IMG/VR virus record: IMGVR_UViG_3300025534_000017
Location: 1 to 42,262 of that record
Origin: a virus
Taxonomy: Duplodnaviria; Caudoviricetes
Length of the DNA stretch: 42,262 nt
Reading direction: 5' to 3' (one strand)
This document shows, piece by piece, positions 16,548 to 25,352 of the stretch. Below the pieces are notes generated by a model, which was not told where the DNA came from, ran no database searches, and saw only the letters and a list, made by a program, of their open reading frames with translations. Within the stretch, counting starts at the first letter, position 1; every line of letters starts with the position of its first letter. The position numbers and the translations under genes were made by a program.

Positions 16548-16967
16548 CTATTCGGTTTTTATATAGTGCGGACTGCGGCAGTGGTAGCACACTGCCTTTT
16601 CCTTCGCCGCTTCGATCGCCGGCAATAGATATTCCGGCGGTTCCACGTCCCATTCTCCCATGTCGTACATTCGGATCTGTTCTACAATCGCTATGTTCTC
16701 TTCCTGCCTGATTCCAGCGATCCGGAGAATCTGGATCGCAAAATCTTCACGATGATGGGACGCTTGCACAATAATATCCCCAGGTGCTATAATAAAAAGA
16801 GCATGATCTTCATTTGCCAGTGGTCCCCGGCGCCGGATATAAATCGGCTTCTTGGGGGATCCATCTCCATTTGCAATGATTCGGGCATAGCCCGTGTTGG
16901 TCTTCCCACCTCCATACTCCCACAAGGCGGGAAGGCCTTTTTTTGTGCGTTCGATGGTGATTTCCAT
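16548..16967 (-). CDS. Hypothetical protein
   Basis: RBS AGGAGGT; C-terminal CYHC...HY. Confidence 0.75.
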   Translation of the reverse strand: MEITIERTKKGLPALWEYGGGKTNTGYARIIANGDGSPKKPIYIRRRGPLANEDHALFIIAPGDIIVQASHHREDFAIQILRIAGIRQEENIAIVEQIRMYDMGEWDVEPPEYLLPAIEAAKEKAVCYHCRSPHYIKTE

Positions 16968-16979
16968 AAATTCAACCTC

Positions 16980-17204
16980 CTAATCTAGTTTTCTGGCATA
17001 AGATACACTTCTATAGAACGCCATCAGCCTTGGGTGTTTCTTCTCAAAATCCTCATCCCTCAAGAACGGGATCCGATAGGCTTTCTCCAGATCGGACATC
17101 AGGTTTGCCAGGCGTTGGTCTTTGACGTCGTCCGAGGACCTGGAGTTGATGATCTCATTAAATCTGTTTGAATAGGTAATTAATTCATCAATAGTCATGT
17201 CCAC
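16980..17204 (-). CDS. Hypothetical protein
   Basis: RBS GGAGGTGA; start GTG 17204 or ATG 17198. Confidence 0.65.
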   Translation of the reverse strand: MDMTIDELITYSNRFNEIINSRSSDDVKDQRLANLMSDLEKAYRIPFLRDEDFEKKHPRLMAFYRSVSYARKLD

Positions 17205-17205
17205 G

Positions 17206-17532
17206 TCAGTCACCTCCCCCAAAAATGACTTGGAAATAATCATCCAAAAACTTCGCCATCCTAGGAGCGTGAAAGCTCCAGGTTTGGCCCTGGTTCTTTG
17301 GGTAGTACACAGGACCGCCATTCTCTGAATCTAGGATTTTTCGGAAACGCGGCTGATAAAGGATATTTTCCTTTATCCAGCGGTCACTTTTATTGATTCG
17401 TTTCACTAGATCTTTCATGCTCCAATATACACCGGTTAATTCTTTCTGTTTTAATTCTTCCAATTCCGCCTTGGATATAATAACCATATCCGGCGGAATC
17501 GGAATGGTAATCTCGGTTTTGATTTGCTGCAT
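17206..17532 (-). CDS. DUF771 family DNA-binding protein (possible excisionase)
   Basis: YWSMKDLVKR..KS..WIKENILY.PRF...GPVYYP....W.F. Confidence 0.75.
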   Translation of the reverse strand: MQQIKTEITIPIPPDMVIISKAELEELKQKELTGVYWSMKDLVKRINKSDRWIKENILYQPRFRKILDSENGGPVYYPKNQGQTWSFHAPRMAKFLDDYFQVIFGGGD

Positions 17533-18275
17533 TACCCCGAAACCTCCTTTTTAAGGAATAGACGGAAGGTTTCACGACCTTTTGGAGTGACCAACGTCTG
17601 CACGTCCGCTTTTCCGTTCCGCTCCCACTCCTTCAGCTGGAAGAGATCCGGGACGTATTGGGCATATGGTTTTAACTTGCCTTTTGTGTCTCGGTATATA
17701 TATTTCTTCTCAAGTAGCCATTCGATAAATGCTTTCGGACCGATATGAAGCTCTTTCGCTGTGTCTCTAAAATTCGTGAGTAGATTCCGATCCACCAGCG
17801 CATCAAAATAATCTGCTTTCGGCTTCATGAGAGCGATCTGCTCATTTTGTTTGCGGACAAGAGCCAGAGTCGCCCTGAAGGTTTGTTTGGTCTGCTCGTC
17901 CGCAAACGGGAGGTACGTTTCGATGAATACCTCGTCGTTTGCCACATACCCGCCGGTTTTTCGGATGGTTGGAAGGACTTCGGCTGTTACCCACTTCCTG
18001 AATTCTCGCGCCTTTTCGGTCCCCGATTCAAAAATGAAATCATATAGCCCCGATTCGTCTATATATTGTTGTCCATCGCGGACAACCGTTGATATATCAA
18101 GCTTTTGCAGAATATTGCTGATTCGCTCCCATCTTAAATAGCGATTGCCTTTGGCCTCTTTGGTATAACCAAGAGCCCATGCGACGTCCTCGAGTTTGAA
18201 AAGTTCCTTGCCACTTTCAATGATTACAGTTAACTGTCCGAAAGAAGGATTCTTAAAAACTTGTAATGTATTCAA
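17532..18275 (-). CDS. Phage antirepressor (BRO-N + ANT/KilAC)
   Basis: FKNPSFGQL...ESGLY...FRKWVTAEVLPTIRKTGGY; KPKADYFD...QTLVTPKGR. Confidence 0.92.
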   Translation of the reverse strand: MNTLQVFKNPSFGQLTVIIESGKELFKLEDVAWALGYTKEAKGNRYLRWERISNILQKLDISTVVRDGQQYIDESGLYDFIFESGTEKAREFRKWVTAEVLPTIRKTGGYVANDEVFIETYLPFADEQTKQTFRATLALVRKQNEQIALMKPKADYFDALVDRNLLTNFRDTAKELHIGPKAFIEWLLEKKYIYRDTKGKLKPYAQYVPDLFQLKEWERNGKADVQTLVTPKGRETFRLFLKKEVSG

Positions 18276-18276
18276 T

Positions 18277-18498
18277 TCAACTTACCTCCTTCCGTTTTTC
18301 CTCATCTTTTTCAAACAGATACTCGATCGACAAGTCCGGGAAGAATGTTTTTTTGATCTTCAAGCATTCATCATAGTAGAAACGGTACTTCCCGTTTATC
18401 TTGTCGCTGATCGTCGCGCGCCTAACGTTTAACGCCTTCGCCAAATCTCCCATCGTCAACCCGTTTCTTGCCATTTCAGCCCGCAAATTCCTGTACAT
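18277..18498 (-). CDS. Cro-like XRE HTH regulator
   Basis: NLRAEMARNGLTMGDLAKAL...ISDKING; divergent from the repressor. Confidence 0.9.
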   Translation of the reverse strand: MYRNLRAEMARNGLTMGDLAKALNVRRATISDKINGKYRFYYDECLKIKKTFFPDLSIEYLFEKDEEKRKEVS

Positions 18499-18524
18499 TA
18501 TTTGGCACCCCCTTTTGGAAGTAT

Positions 18525-18669
18525 ACGCAATTTCGTTTGTCTACCTTTAGAATAAACGCATTTTCGTTATATGTCAATAGAAACATGGAAAAAATATGCG
18601 AAATTGAGTAAAAATCCTCCTTTACATATAATTACACATATGATATATTTTTCGTGTACGAAAAATCGT
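18525..18669. promoter_or_regulatory. Lysis/lysogeny switch: divergent promoters and ACG-N6-CGT operators
   Basis: Operators 18525-18536, 18556-18567, 18598-18609 (degenerate), 18658-18669. Leftward TTGACA(18577-18572)-17-TATTCT; rightward TTTACA(18621)-17-TATATT with TGn. Confidence 0.7.
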
Positions 18670-18697
18670 ATAAGTTATGAAGGAGGGTTTGTGGGCA

Positions 18698-19369
18698 GTG
18701 AGGAGAGAAGAAATAATATCCAAATTGATTGACGAAAAATTTAAGAGCAAAAGACAGTTTGCAGAATATATCAATATCCCGCCGACAACATTACAGTCGA
18801 TATTAAAAAGAGGCATTGGAAAGGCATCGATCGACAATGTAATCAGTATATGCAAGGGACTTGGCATAACTATCGACGACCTCGAACGGATGGCGGAAGA
18901 TGGTATTATCAATCCAGAATCCAGCAAACAAGAAACCATTGAAAATAGAGAAATTCCGTTCTTCGGCAACATTGCTGCCGGTGCCTTATTTGCTGTGGAA
19001 CCTGTTACAGACGAAAATCTTGAGACTGTGACGGTTTCAAGAAAACTGCTCGGCAAATATGCCGATAATAAAAAACTCTTCGCCATGAAGGTAAATGGCG
19101 AGAGCATGAATAAGATCATTCCGAACCATTCATTCGTAATCTGCAAACCGATTGAACTGGAGGAAGTGAAAGATGATGATATTGTGATTTTTAGCTATGA
19201 CGGGGAATATAGCATGAAGAGATTTAGGAGGGATGACGAGGATCGAGTGCTGATCTTCAGTCCCGAATCAACAGATCGGAAATTTAGAGATCTTGTCGTT
19301 CCTTATGATACACAGAACGACTTAAAAATTTACGCGAAGGTTATTTTGTATTTAGTAAAACTGGAATAA
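18698..19369 (+). CDS. CI-like repressor (HTH + S24 autopeptidase)
   Basis: HTH; IAAG cleavage site, VNGESMN, MKRF; GTG start after AAGGAGG. Confidence 0.92.
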   Translation: MRREEIISKLIDEKFKSKRQFAEYINIPPTTLQSILKRGIGKASIDNVISICKGLGITIDDLERMAEDGIINPESSKQETIENREIPFFGNIAAGALFAVEPVTDENLETVTVSRKLLGKYADNKKLFAMKVNGESMNKIIPNHSFVICKPIELEEVKDDDIVIFSYDGEYSMKRFRRDDEDRVLIFSPESTDRKFRDLVVPYDTQNDLKIYAKVILYLVKLE

Positions 19370-19420
19370 AAAACGCGGGGATCCCGCTTAATTTTTTATT
19401 CAAAGGAAAGGGGATGAAGA

Positions 19421-20527
19421 ATGGCCAGCTTCCAAAAACGCGGAAATACTTGGCAATTCACTATCAGCCGGGTCGTCAATGGGAAATCAAAACCGATCCG
19501 GAAGGGAGGTTTTAAAACAAAAAAAGAAGCACAACTAGCTGCTTCCCAAATTGAAGCTGAATTACAAAAAGGTGTTATTCCAATTTTGACCCCAATAGCC
19601 TTTGACGAATACTTCGAAAATTGGCTGGACACATATAAAACAAATATTTCTAATAACACCCTGGAAAGATACAAAGTCACTCTAAAAACTCTCCGTCAAT
19701 ATTTTGGTGGTGTCCCCATTCAAAAAATCACAAAGAGGTCTTACCAAGAATTTTTAAATAAATATGGTGAGACCCATTCGAAAAATTCAGTCAAAAAGAT
19801 CAATACCCATATTCGATCTGCTGTAAAAACGGCAATTGAAGAGGGATATATCCGGATAGATTTTACGAGAGGAGCCGTTATAGGCGGAAAGAGCGGGAAA
19901 AGTAAAGAAGAAAAGTATTTGAATTACGGGGAAAGCAAACGGCTTCTGAAGGCCTTATATGAGAAATTAGATGAAGGCCTGATATATTATCTCCTCTTGC
20001 TAGGTCTAACCTCTGGGATGCGCTTTGGGGAAATGGTCGGGTTGACCCGTAAAGACTTTGATTTCAATAATAATACAATCAGCATTAATAAAACCTGGGG
20101 ATACTACGGCAATATGCACGAAGGCTGGGGGCCAACCAAAAACGAACAGTCAAATCGAGTAATAAGTATGGACCCGAAAACTATGAAAGCATTCGATGAT
20201 CTGTTCCAAAAAACACCGGATAATGTTTTGCGGCTTGTTTTTTATTCGCCACACTCTAAATATAAGGTGATTTCAAACAACGCCGCAAATAAGGCACTAG
20301 GAAAGATTTTAAAGGAGTTGGATATCGAACCGATCAGCGTCCACGGCCTCCGGCATACACATGCAAGTGTACTGCTTTATGAAGGGGTTTCAATATATTA
20401 CGTATCCGAAAGGTTGGGGCACAGCGGCATCGACGTGACAATGAACACGTATTCGCACGTCATCAAAGAATTACGGCAACGGGATGAAAAATTGGCATCA
20501 AATATTTTCAAGAAGATGTATGCCTAG
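19421..20527 (+). CDS. int: Tyrosine integrase
   Basis: Arm-binding N-terminus (KGGFKTKKEA), SGMRFGE, HGLRHTHAS, RLGH, TY. Confidence 0.95.
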   Translation: MASFQKRGNTWQFTISRVVNGKSKPIRKGGFKTKKEAQLAASQIEAELQKGVIPILTPIAFDEYFENWLDTYKTNISNNTLERYKVTLKTLRQYFGGVPIQKITKRSYQEFLNKYGETHSKNSVKKINTHIRSAVKTAIEEGYIRIDFTRGAVIGGKSGKSKEEKYLNYGESKRLLKALYEKLDEGLIYYLLLLGLTSGMRFGEMVGLTRKDFDFNNNTISINKTWGYYGNMHEGWGPTKNEQSNRVISMDPKTMKAFDDLFQKTPDNVLRLVFYSPHSKYKVISNNAANKALGKILKELDIEPISVHGLRHTHASVLLYEGVSIYYVSERLGHSGIDVTMNTYSHVIKELRQRDEKLASNIFKKMYA

Positions 20528-20561
20528 GGGTATAAGGGGTATATCAAAACCGAAATAATTG

Positions 20562-20790
20562 TTTTACACAAATTTTACACATAAAGAACTAAAAATCCTT
20601 AAATGTTAAGGTTTTCCCGGGCTTGTTAAACGTCCGCCCGGGACGTAATGACTAAGGAATCTGCCGGAGCGAGCAGCCGGCAGGCGCCGCAGAAATGTTG
20701 ATCTTTCAACGTTTCTGCGGCGTTTTTTATTTTTTGGGGTCGGAATTAATTTGAAATGTTTTTCAAATCATTTTACACAAATTTTACACA
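20562..20790. other. Putative attP with paired arm-type sites
   Basis: Identical TTTTACACAAATTTTACACA at 20562-20581 and 20771-20790 flanking a GC-rich candidate core 20632-20645, just downstream of int. Confidence 0.7.
20685..20735 (+). terminator. Intrinsic terminator
   Basis: CGCCGCAGAAATGTTGA-TCTT-TCAACGTTTCTGCGGCG + T tract. Confidence 0.85.
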
Positions 20791-20969
20791 AAGAAATGGC
20801 GCTACCCCATTGGGGTATTTTATCTGAACCAAAATGTTGGTAAAAAATGGGCGGATTTTTAGACATCCCTTTTTTTTGGGATGTCTTTTTTCTTTGAACC
20901 CCCCCTTCCCGGATCCCGAAAAATGTTGTACTATTGAGATGAAAATTTTGCCAAAAAGGGGGATATATC

Positions 20970-21524
20970 TTGGAAAAGAAAAAATCCATCTTCAAACGCT
21001 GGTGGTTTTGGCTGATCGTCATCCTCGTGATCGGCGCCGTTGCCACTGCCGGATCCGGGGATGATGACAGCGATGAACCGAAAAAGGTCGCCGAGAACCA
21101 ACAAGAGAAAAAGAGTGAAGAAAAGAAAGAAGAGAATAAAATATTCAAAGTCGGTGATACCATCCAGCTTGGCGATCACAAGCTGACGGTCACCAAAGTG
21201 GATAAGTCAAACGGGGATGAATTTGAACAGCCAAAATCAGGACATGAATTTATAATCGTTCATGTTCGGATCGAAAACGGCGGAAAAGATAATGTTGACT
21301 ACAACCCGTTTGATTTCCAACTAAAAAATAGCCAAGGTAACATTGTCGATCCTGGCTTTATCACGGTCGACTCCGATACAGCGCTGGAAGCCGGCGAACT
21401 AGCTCCCGGCGGAAAAGTCGAAGGGACCGTTTCCTTCGAAGCTCCCAAGGGAGACAAAGGGCTTGAACTTATTTTCACTCCTAGCTTTTGGAGTGATAAA
21501 AAAATTACTATTAAATTAAATTAA
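20970..21524 (+). CDS. DUF4352 membrane-anchored surface protein (possible superinfection exclusion)
   Basis: KKSIFKRWWFW + TM helix; FKVGD...P..G..F..V.V...N...NPFDFQL...GELAPGGKVEG. Confidence 0.85.
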   Translation: MEKKKSIFKRWWFWLIVILVIGAVATAGSGDDDSDEPKKVAENQQEKKSEEKKEENKIFKVGDTIQLGDHKLTVTKVDKSNGDEFEQPKSGHEFIIVHVRIENGGKDNVDYNPFDFQLKNSQGNIVDPGFITVDSDTALEAGELAPGGKVEGTVSFEAPKGDKGLELIFTPSFWSDKKITIKLN

Positions 21525-21552
21525 TACCACCCTTTCGGGTGGTAATTTTTTA
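21525..21552 (+). terminator. Intrinsic terminator
   Basis: TACCACC-CTTTCG-GGTGGTA + T tract. Confidence 0.8.
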
Positions 21553-21605
21553 TTTTTCTTAAGTGAAAATGCAAAAATCAGCCGGCATTTTTAAATTTTT
21601 GCGAT

Positions 21606-21703
21606 TTGAAGGATCCCCCATCTTCTTGTATTGTTATGGCGGGTGGTGATTGAAAAAAAGAACTGGGAGGATTTTGGCACGGCTTCGGCCGTGCTGTTTT
21701 TTT
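21606..21703 (+). ncRNA. Putative ~60-nt sRNA unit (promoter + terminator)
   Basis: TTGAAG-17-TATTGT (21606-21634); GCACGGC-TTCG-GCCGTGC + T tract. Confidence 0.4.
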
Positions 21704-21736
21704 CTAAAAAAATCTAAAAAAATTTTTGAAAAGGTA

Positions 21737-21794
21737 TTGACTGATAGGAATTCATATCGTATTATAGAATCAGAAGATGATAGGAATTCAAATC
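21737..21794 (+). promoter_or_regulatory. Strong SigA-type promoter with two palindromic operators
   Basis: TTGACT-17-TATTAT with an A/T-rich upstream tract; GATAGGAATTCATATC (21743-21758) and GATAGGAATTCAAATC (21779-21794). Confidence 0.8.
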
Positions 21795-21812
21795 ATGGAG
21801 GGAAGGAAAAAA

Positions 21813-22538
21813 ATGAAAGTTGCCGAGTTCGTTAAAGATGTGAAAGGTAAGAAAGTGATTTTCAAGGTTTTGGTCGATGATCAAACGATCGTCTTGGATG
21901 TGAATGGGGTGCAAGGTACTGCAATTGTCGGAAAACACCCGCAACACGGGTGGTATTACCAAAGTTATTCTGACGAGCTATTAACAGCATTAAGAATCAA
22001 AGCATCCAATGTTGCGATTACACATGAAAGTGCAGAAAAGGCGGCGGAAATTATTGCCCAACGAAAAGAAGAGGCAAAAAAAGAAGCGGAACGGAAACGC
22101 GAGGAAGAAAAGCAACGCATCATCACTGGCAAACAAAAAATTAAAGTACATTTCCACGATGGCGAGTATCTTTCGGGGTGGGAAGTTGTTGGCGTTGCGG
22201 CGGACCTCTTGAAGGAACTCGGATTGGCCCGATATGTGTCGGGCTGGGGGATGATCGTTGATAGTGAACTTGTCAACCGGTTTGGCGACGAGTTCACCTA
22301 TCAACAAGCAAAAGAAGTTGCAGATCCACGAATAAAGGCAAAAAAAGAAAAAGAAGAAGCCCAAAAACGGATCCTGCAGGCAAAGTTTGATGAAGCCAAG
22401 AAAACCGGAAAGCCGGTAGAAATCTCCCGATGGACGGAAGAATGCAGCGATCCAGAGGAAGAATGCGATCTCGACATCGTTGTAGAATACGCGATGCCGG
22501 ACGGATCGACAAAAGTTGAACGACATCATACATGGTAG
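21813..22538 (+). CDS. Hypothetical accessory protein
   Basis: RBS GGAGGGAAGG; start reassigned to MKVAEF. Confidence 0.8.
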   Translation: MKVAEFVKDVKGKKVIFKVLVDDQTIVLDVNGVQGTAIVGKHPQHGWYYQSYSDELLTALRIKASNVAITHESAEKAAEIIAQRKEEAKKEAERKREEEKQRIITGKQKIKVHFHDGEYLSGWEVVGVAADLLKELGLARYVSGWGMIVDSELVNRFGDEFTYQQAKEVADPRIKAKKEKEEAQKRILQAKFDEAKKTGKPVEISRWTEECSDPEEECDLDIVVEYAMPDGSTKVERHHTW

Positions 22539-22608
22539 AAAGCTAAACCTTATTATCACTCCCGCTCGGCAAACCATCCTGGCGGGAAAAAGAAAAATTT
22601 AAAAAAGG

Positions 22609-22631
22609 TTGACAAGGTAGGAATTCCTGCC
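22609..22631 (+). promoter_or_regulatory. -35 box plus third palindromic operator
   Basis: TTGACA then GGTAGGAATTCCTGCC; no good -10 at 17 bp. Confidence 0.55.
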
Positions 22632-22655
22632 AAACACAAAAAAAGGAGGATGGAA

Positions 22656-23099
22656 ATGTTCCTATACAAAGTTAAAACAACCAGAGAGATCGAGCAAGAA
22701 TTCGGTCTGCCCCAAAACTCAGTCATCCGAGACATCCGACGGGGCAAATTCCGCACATCGGAAATCCGGAAATCCGGAGCAGCGTGGCTAATCACCGAGC
22801 GTGAGGCCCGACGTGTATACGCCGGAGAGCTTACAATGATCCCGGTCAAGGATGACTTTGAATGGGTCCTTGACCATGTACGGGAAGAATTGGAAAACCC
22901 CGTTCTAGACGATCTTGTACGAAAAGTTATGGGAAAGCCTTCTATGGATGAAAACGATATGAAAAACTTGGCCGGATTGTACCACGATGGGCTTCGAAAC
23001 GGATCAGAAAACGGAAAATACCTGTCATTTTCACAATGGTTTTATGAATTCTTTGAAGAAAAGATTGAGGAGGAGATGGTGAAAAATGAAAACGATTAA
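22656..23099 (+). CDS. HTH DNA-binding protein with extra C-terminal domain (Aca-like candidate)
   Basis: TTREIEQEFGL...VIRDIRRGKF....RKSGAAWLIT; RBS AGGAGG. Confidence 0.7.
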   Translation: MFLYKVKTTREIEQEFGLPQNSVIRDIRRGKFRTSEIRKSGAAWLITEREARRVYAGELTMIPVKDDFEWVLDHVREELENPVLDDLVRKVMGKPSMDENDMKNLAGLYHDGLRNGSENGKYLSFSQWFYEFFEEKIEEEMVKNEND

Positions 23100-23673
23100 T
23101 TGGTTTTTTAATCAAGAGCAAGTAGCAAAAGCAATTCAATCGTATGTTCAGGCAATTGTAAACCAAGTAAAAACGGAAAACGAAGCTCCAGTTGATTTTG
23201 ATGCTGTAATTGAAGGAGTAAAAGATAGTATTGACTTTTTTGATTATGCGGAAAAAATGATAGGAGAAAATGCGTCGATAGAGGAAATAAATGAGATGGT
23301 AGAAAAACTAAAAAATGAAGTTGTGAATGACATATTTGAAAAATTTAACGACCGTATTGATGTTGAATTAGTTCGCGAAGGTGAGAATTATTTAGTTACA
23401 AATGCTCGATATACCATTCGATTTACACAAAACGGTCATGTTATACATGATGATCGTAGGCTTATTATAAAACTCCTAAACTTTTTATGTGATAAAAAGT
23501 ATTTGTATAAGGTAAAAATGGATTGGGAAACAGTTTGGCGGAAAAATGATGATCTTTGCGTATATGCGATCAGAGATACGCAAGGAACAGAAGCAACACC
23601 ATTGAATAAAAAAACGGTTTTTAATTATCTAAAAAAGGAAGGAATCTTCCTAACGGAAATAATAGTGAATTAG
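23086..23673 (+). CDS. Hypothetical acidic AT-rich accessory protein
   Basis: Overlaps the upstream gene; AT-rich. Confidence 0.75.
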   Translation: MKTINWFFNQEQVAKAIQSYVQAIVNQVKTENEAPVDFDAVIEGVKDSIDFFDYAEKMIGENASIEEINEMVEKLKNEVVNDIFEKFNDRIDVELVREGENYLVTNARYTIRFTQNGHVIHDDRRLIIKLLNFLCDKKYLYKVKMDWETVWRKNDDLCVYAIRDTQGTEATPLNKKTVFNYLKKEGIFLTEIIVN

Positions 23674-23694
23674 TAAAAAATCTATTTCTTACAA

Positions 23695-23725
23695 AATAAA
23701 AAACCCTGCCAAATGGCAGGGTAAA
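23695..23725. terminator. Terminator between convergent genes
   Basis: ACCCTGCC-AAAT-GGCAGGGT with an A tract on the left (U tract for the endolysin mRNA). Confidence 0.8.
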
Positions 23726-24700
23726 TTACTTAATGCGGATCTTCTGCCCAGGGAAGATTAAATCCGGGTTTTTGATTTTATTTAAGCTCACTAACTTATT
23801 TACAGTCGTTCCATACTTTTTGGCGATCCCCCAAAGCGTGTCCCCTTTTTTGACCGTGTGGTACTTCGGATTGGAAGCCGGCTTATCGGCCACCTTCCCG
23901 GGGATCTTCAGCTTTTGGCCGGGATAAATGAGGTCCGGGTTTTTGATTTTGTTCAGTTTCACAAGCTCGTTAACGGTGGTTTTGTATTTTTGAGCGATTT
24001 TCCAGAGGGAATCGCCCTTTTTGACTGTATATGTGGTATACGACGTTTTCGGAGCGGGTTTTGGCGCCGGTTTCGGTTTCGGCTGCGGCTTGGCTTCGAC
24101 CTTGGCCCCCGTGAACCAGTCGAGGTTTTTGTCGCTGACAATCATGTTCAAGTCCAAGTCACCGTCATACCCCGGAACCCTGCCGGCGCTCGTATATTGC
24201 CAAATATCACACGGAAAATCCGGCTTTTTGTCGGGTTTGCCGTTGTTTGCGCCATAACGCGGGATCCATACCGCATCCACTTCGTCAAGATTGAGATCGA
24301 AAGTTTTGTAGAGATGATGCGCGATATAGATTCCGATTTTCTTCGCGCCAAGTTCGCGCAGTTTTGCAACATATGCCGACACACCGGCGCGCATGTCTTC
24401 CATCGACTTTTCTTCGACATCCAAAAACCAAAACGTTGGCTCTACGGCTTCCAGTGTCCGCTTGTAAAAGTCTTCGGCTTCTTTCCGCATGTCCGCAATC
24501 GATACGCCACGAACCCAAGCATATGCCGCGGTAGGGACCCCACGTTTTCGGAGCTCGGCATGGTGGGTTTTGTAGTGCCGGTCAATTGTATTTGACCCGT
24601 ACTGTGTTCGGATGATCGCCCAATCGAGATGTTTTGCGAAAGTATCATAGTCAATCCGCTTTGGGTCTTGGTGATGGGAGAGATCGACGATATAGCCCAT
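23726..24700 (-). CDS. Endolysin: GH25 muramidase + 2 LysM
   Basis: VDLSHHQ, LDVEE, WQYTS.G...DLDLN; PK-rich linker; two YTVKKGD.LW.IA LysM repeats. Confidence 0.95.
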   Translation of the reverse strand: MGYIVDLSHHQDPKRIDYDTFAKHLDWAIIRTQYGSNTIDRHYKTHHAELRKRGVPTAAYAWVRGVSIADMRKEAEDFYKRTLEAVEPTFWFLDVEEKSMEDMRAGVSAYVAKLRELGAKKIGIYIAHHLYKTFDLNLDEVDAVWIPRYGANNGKPDKKPDFPCDIWQYTSAGRVPGYDGDLDLNMIVSDKNLDWFTGAKVEAKPQPKPKPAPKPAPKTSYTTYTVKKGDSLWKIAQKYKTTVNELVKLNKIKNPDLIYPGQKLKIPGKVADKPASNPKYHTVKKGDTLWGIAKKYGTTVNKLVSLNKIKNPDLIFPGQKIRIK

Positions 24701-25107
24701 TATTTCGATTCTCCTTTCCCCTTCAATATCTCAACCGCATTCTTCAAAACTTCCGGTATCGGCAACCCGGCCCTGCCGCAGTTTTCGATGATCGACAGCA
24801 GCTCATTCGCGAGGTAGAAAAAGATCACCGCATCCCGGAAAATGTCATTGTTCCCGCCGAGCGCTTCATCGAGAAGATGGGCCACGGCAACAAGAACGAA
24901 AATAAGAATCTTCTTCGCAATCCCCTTGAACCCGACCTCGCTGGACAATTTTCCTTCCGCCCCGGCGGCGATAAAACCGGTAATGTAATCGATGACAACG
25001 AAAGCAAGCAAGATTCCCAGCAACGCGCTCCATCCTCCCCACAAATAACCGACTATGCCGCCGATGACGGACATGGTGATTCGATATGCGTGTTCCATTC
25101 TCTTCAC
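24700..25107 (-). CDS. Holin (toxin-secretion/phage lysis holin family)
   Basis: DYITG...[12 protein letters not shown]...[16 protein letters not shown]; second start ATG 25098. Confidence 0.92.
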   Translation of the reverse strand: MKRMEHAYRITMSVIGGIVGYLWGGWSALLGILLAFVVIDYITGFIAAGAEGKLSSEVGFKGIAKKILIFVLVAVAHLLDEALGGNNDIFRDAVIFFYLANELLSIIENCGRAGLPIPEVLKNAVEILKGKGESK

Positions 25108-25136
25108 TCCCCTTTCCTAAACGGAACCCCCGCCGA

Positions 25137-25352
25137 TCACTCAGCGGGGGTTTCTTGTAACCTTTCAACGATTTTGGTTTTCACAAGATCTTGAAGTTCC
25201 GCGATGTTCAGATTGAATTCTTCCGCAGAGAGAGGAACATATCCGCTCAAACTGATCGAATGGTCTTCATTCGAGCCGTTGAAATAGATTTGGGCGCCAG
25301 AGACTTGCCCATCTTCATAGCGAATGTTGATGTTATTGATTTGAACGTTCAT
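25137..25352 (-). CDS. Hypothetical tail-associated small protein
   Basis: ORF between tail fibre and holin. Confidence 0.7.
   Translation of the reverse strand: MNVQINNINIRYEDGQVSGAQIYFNGSNEDHSISLSGYVPLSAEEFNLNIAELQDLVKTKIVERLQETPAE

Noticed and set aside
20620-20660. Intact tRNA gene
   Set aside because: Only a possible 3' fragment; no cloverleaf here, and none noticed elsewhere
21650-21835. 61-aa plus-strand ORF
   Set aside because: Runs through a terminator and a promoter/operator; RBS spacing is poor
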